A stretch of 64,000 bases of DNA, from NCBI GenBank assembly GCA_030704615.1, contig CM060733.1, positions 48,732,001-48,796,000 of the forward strand. Direction: 5' to 3'. How positions within the stretch are numbered: the stretch's first letter is position 1; every line of letters begins with the position of its first letter. Below are positions 60,629-64,000 of this stretch, one piece after another. The position numbers and the translations under genes are program-made. The notes beneath the pieces were generated by a model. The model was not told the origin of the DNA, made no database searches, and saw only the letters and a list, made by a program, of their open reading frames with translations. The stretch comes from Takakia lepidozioides (Eukaryota > Plantae > Bryophyta).

Positions 60629-63279
60629 ACGGATGTCGGGTGATAACTCGCTTCATGATCCGCGGCCCGATGGATGATTCGAGCACCAGTCATATTCGTA
60701 ACCGCGACTGAGCTTGTAAAGGCCGTTACTATGTAACATACAAGACAAATCAATCAAATATGTGAGCAAAACATGGCACAATGACACAATACCATGAAAT
60801 GAAATGAAAGACAATAGGGAGATATTGATGATAAACAACCAGGTTTTATTTCAGAACCATGTCAATTTGAGTACGTCTCGCCCCATGCGGCATGGACCAT
60901 TATAAGTAACGTAAACCATGTCAATGAGAGTATCAACTTCTAGAAGGAGGGCTGAACTCCGTTAACACAAGACGATGTCGGCCGACGTACTTATGATGAA
61001 AATATTTTGAGGAAAGTCATTTCCCAAAATCACGATATTTTGACAAGGTTGGAGGGACCATTTTCAAATCTGTATTCTTCCGTTGTTCCGAAGGTTTTTG
61101 TCAGCAGAAGATGGAAGAAGTCCATGAAATGTTGTTGATATGGTGATGACCTCACAAAAAATATCCTCCAATATTACGTCAACCAACAATGTCTTGTGCG
61201 ACCGAAGTTCAGCTGTACTTCTCGAAGAATTGGTGGTCTTGCAGACTTTCAGTGAATCGCGAAGATGATGAATTACTCGTATGCTCTTCAAAACATAATG
61301 TCCAAGTAACTGACCCTAGAGTAAGATGCTGAAAATATCCAATTGGGGAGTAAGTATGCTGCTCATATGCTTCTGGAGAGTGGCTCGGTGGCGAGTATGT
61401 TGATGGAGAGACTGATGTTTTCTGCGAAATCTTCAAGGAAATAGTGTTGGGTGACTCGTCGAGGTTCATCTGTGACGGGTTGTGGTACTTCTGACGATTT
61501 ACTGTAAAGCACTCGTAAACTGATCACCAACTAAATAATCTCCAACTGACTAACCACCAACTAACTGATTGGAGCTGTCACAAGCAATGTCAAAAATCTT
61601 ATTTACTGTTAGGTGTTTGATGCTATTGTTGTTCCTGTAGCTGAATTGTATAGTTTTTGTTATTCCCATGCGAACAGTATCATGTCCCCAGAGACTGTCA
61701 TATTCAGACTCCTGTATCAGCCACGGCCCACCATTATTGACCAATACATAACCATCAGTTGCATGTCAGCTGAGAACTAGATCTTCGATTCATTGTATAC
61801 GACTCCAGATAAACACCCTAGCCCACAAGTAGTTGGCTAGCAGCTTGAGATATTTCTCCGGGCTGTGATTGAATGAATTGGAGATTTCATTCTTAGCTGA
61901 TGGTTTCATGTAGGTGGTGCCTGATTCCGATTTCGGAATATGGCAGTCTCAGTAGACCTGATGTTGTTGGAATGGGAATAGCAAAAAAACTCATATAGAA
62001 ATCAGCTACATGAACATATGCAGTATCAAGCACCTTGAAGTACATATGATTATTGAGATTGTTTGCACAGATTGTTAGCGACGGTGTTCCTCTTTTGACG
62101 TCCAGTCCACATGAAAACGACGAGAATGTCGCTGGAGATTGACGTTCAATTGCTGACATTCTGCCTCCTCGTAACACCATTTTGGTGTGCAATGATGGAC
62201 ATCAGAACAGGTCAGATCTTAGAAAAGCACGCGTGATCGCACGATGTTAATCGTTGGTGTTCCTCAAAAGAATAGTGGATCTCCAAACGAAAGATATAGG
62301 AACCAAACAAAACACCACGAGGATGCTGTCAATTGTTGGAGATCGGATTATGCAAGCAGGGAGAATAACTTTAAACAACTTAAAGACTAGGATTATAAGA
62401 TACTTGAATAATCCGCCAAGGAACAAGTGACACCATCAGCCCGGATGATTTGAGTGCGTGTTCTGAAACACATCAATGAATCATCCAGGATGATGGTGTG
62501 AAATATTCCGGGACGGATTATCCGAATACCTTGAGTTCCCTCGCTGTAACTGACCTGAAGTAACTCACTAAGCCTGCAGAATCATCACATCTTCGAATGA
62601 CAGCATTTTCGTTGTTGATTGCGTGAGCATAGAAAAAACATCACTCCAACCAATCACATGTGGCACTGTTGAGGTAATATAACCATTTGGCAGTCAGCTG
62701 GAGAACCAGGACGATGCTGAATTCCGCTTTTCGAACCATGAGTGATCGCCCGATAGATCTCTGCCTCTACCACCATTGAGAACCCCAACGAGCCGAGTGC
62801 ATCCAGATTTCAATCAACCACAGTGGTGCCATCAGTTTGTCAGGGAAGGAATTTCGATGCCGCCAAAATTACTTCAATCCATTTGAAGAGAGATTTTAAC
62901 AGAGCTTCACAATCCGCTCATGAACAAATGAGACGACCATTGTGGGAGCTTGAATTACATAGACGATGATCGTGTCACTTATTCCCCATCGTAATATGAA
63001 AACATCGGAAAATTTCTTCTCCTCCAACCTCCTCCAACCTCCAGCCTGATCTGTTATTGCTTAAACTAACAATGAAGTCAACTTGTTTTGATAACATCTG
63101 ATGGCACTGCTGATCCATGCTAGCTCCACAAGAAGATATATGAAAGAACCACGCGCGATCGCGCGTGATTTCTCTCAAACTTTGATGACTAACATTACAG
63201 CCGAAGGGTCTGGTATAACATTGACAAAGTTAAATAACGTATGTGTGTAATGAACAGGCCGGCCATAGTTTAATTCATC

Positions 63280-63900
63280 AATAACACAGAGTTGCTTCCC
63301 AAACGGTTCACACTCAACGCATAACTGTTAACTACATTCCAGCTTTTAATCACCTTCATCCCACCAGACTTCAGGAAACTGGCCAGTAGTCGTCTACACT
63401 TTGCATTGGCTGCTTGGAGGATGAGCAAACATCCATTGTCGGCCAGGAAGTTCCCACAAAATTTGAAGACGTCCCAAGGCCAGTAGCGCTCGTCCCATTC
63501 ATTCCAGAACAGAGTGACACCTTTCGGAGGAAAATCTGGGACTGGAAGCCCGTCTGGAATGTCCACAACAATGAGCTCGCAGACAAAGGGTTTCTTCTCT
63601 CCGTTCACCCAGCATGGACCTTTTCCAGCCTTCACACAAAAAGAAAACAATCCTACTTATAGGAACTGTGAACACACTACAAAAACTAATGACAAGGAGG
63701 GTGGATTGGAGAGTGAATTTACCAGAGTGAGGAATGAAGACAGTGTCTCCCAAGTCAGGGACTTCTCATTTACTGTGCCGCCTTTCCTCCTTGATTCCAT
63801 CATGTCCAAGAAGCTTTCATTCACTGTCTTGTGTTGGAATCCCGTGGCCACACCTCTGCCAGGGTTAGGTAAGGCCTCATATGGTCGATCTGACAAAGGG
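63280..63900 (-). other. Spliced exons (about 63900-63723 and 63629-63280) encoding a putative amino-DNA-methyltransferase-like catalytic subdomain; gene likely continues beyond the window end
   Basis: CELIVVDIPDG...WNEWDERYW..VFKFCGNFLADNGCLLI...FLKSGGMKVIKSW resembles the beta-class pattern DLIxTDPPY..W....F....L..GG.L.I...GF.....W. Phase-0 GT-AG intron at 63722-63630. Confidence 0.5.
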
Positions 63901-64000
63901 AGTTGTGACCCCCTCCTGAGCCCCTCCTACCACAGCAGCCACTGCCTGGCTTTGTTCGCCCTCTTTCTTTTTATCCTTCTTCTTTCCACCCTTTTTTTTC

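Overview
Eukaryotic nuclear DNA from a land plant. An ARL3-like ciliary GTPase fragment and PLS-type PPR remnants point to a seed-free, flagellate-sperm lineage (inference). Five intron-containing genes look intact or nearly so: a clade A (ABI1/HAI-type) PP2C with an ABRE/G-box-rich promoter, an RGG plus FoP-duplication (CHTOP-like) protein, a plastid thioredoxin-like 4 protein, a SOUL heme-binding protein and a GH17+X8 beta-1,3-glucanase. Most of the rest is mobile DNA: a young Ty3/Gypsy chromovirus (855-7821, 5-bp TSD) nested in an older, rearranged copy of its own family, a Copia remnant, a hAT-type non-autonomous element, a degenerate GCM/MULE/SWIM transposase, L1-type and RTE-like LINEs and a tRNA-derived SINE family. 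Gene fragments are also present (ARL3, FYRN/FYRC, RFC3, PPR). Two unexplained signals stand out. The first is a ~650-nt, very hairpin-dense non-coding block in the 3' region of the chromovirus, with twin hairpins whose loops are mutually complementary, bracketed by two PPT-like ends. The second is a spliced exon at the right edge resembling a beta-class amino (N6A/N4C) DNA methyltransferase catalytic domain. All calls are by eye; no searches or folding were run.
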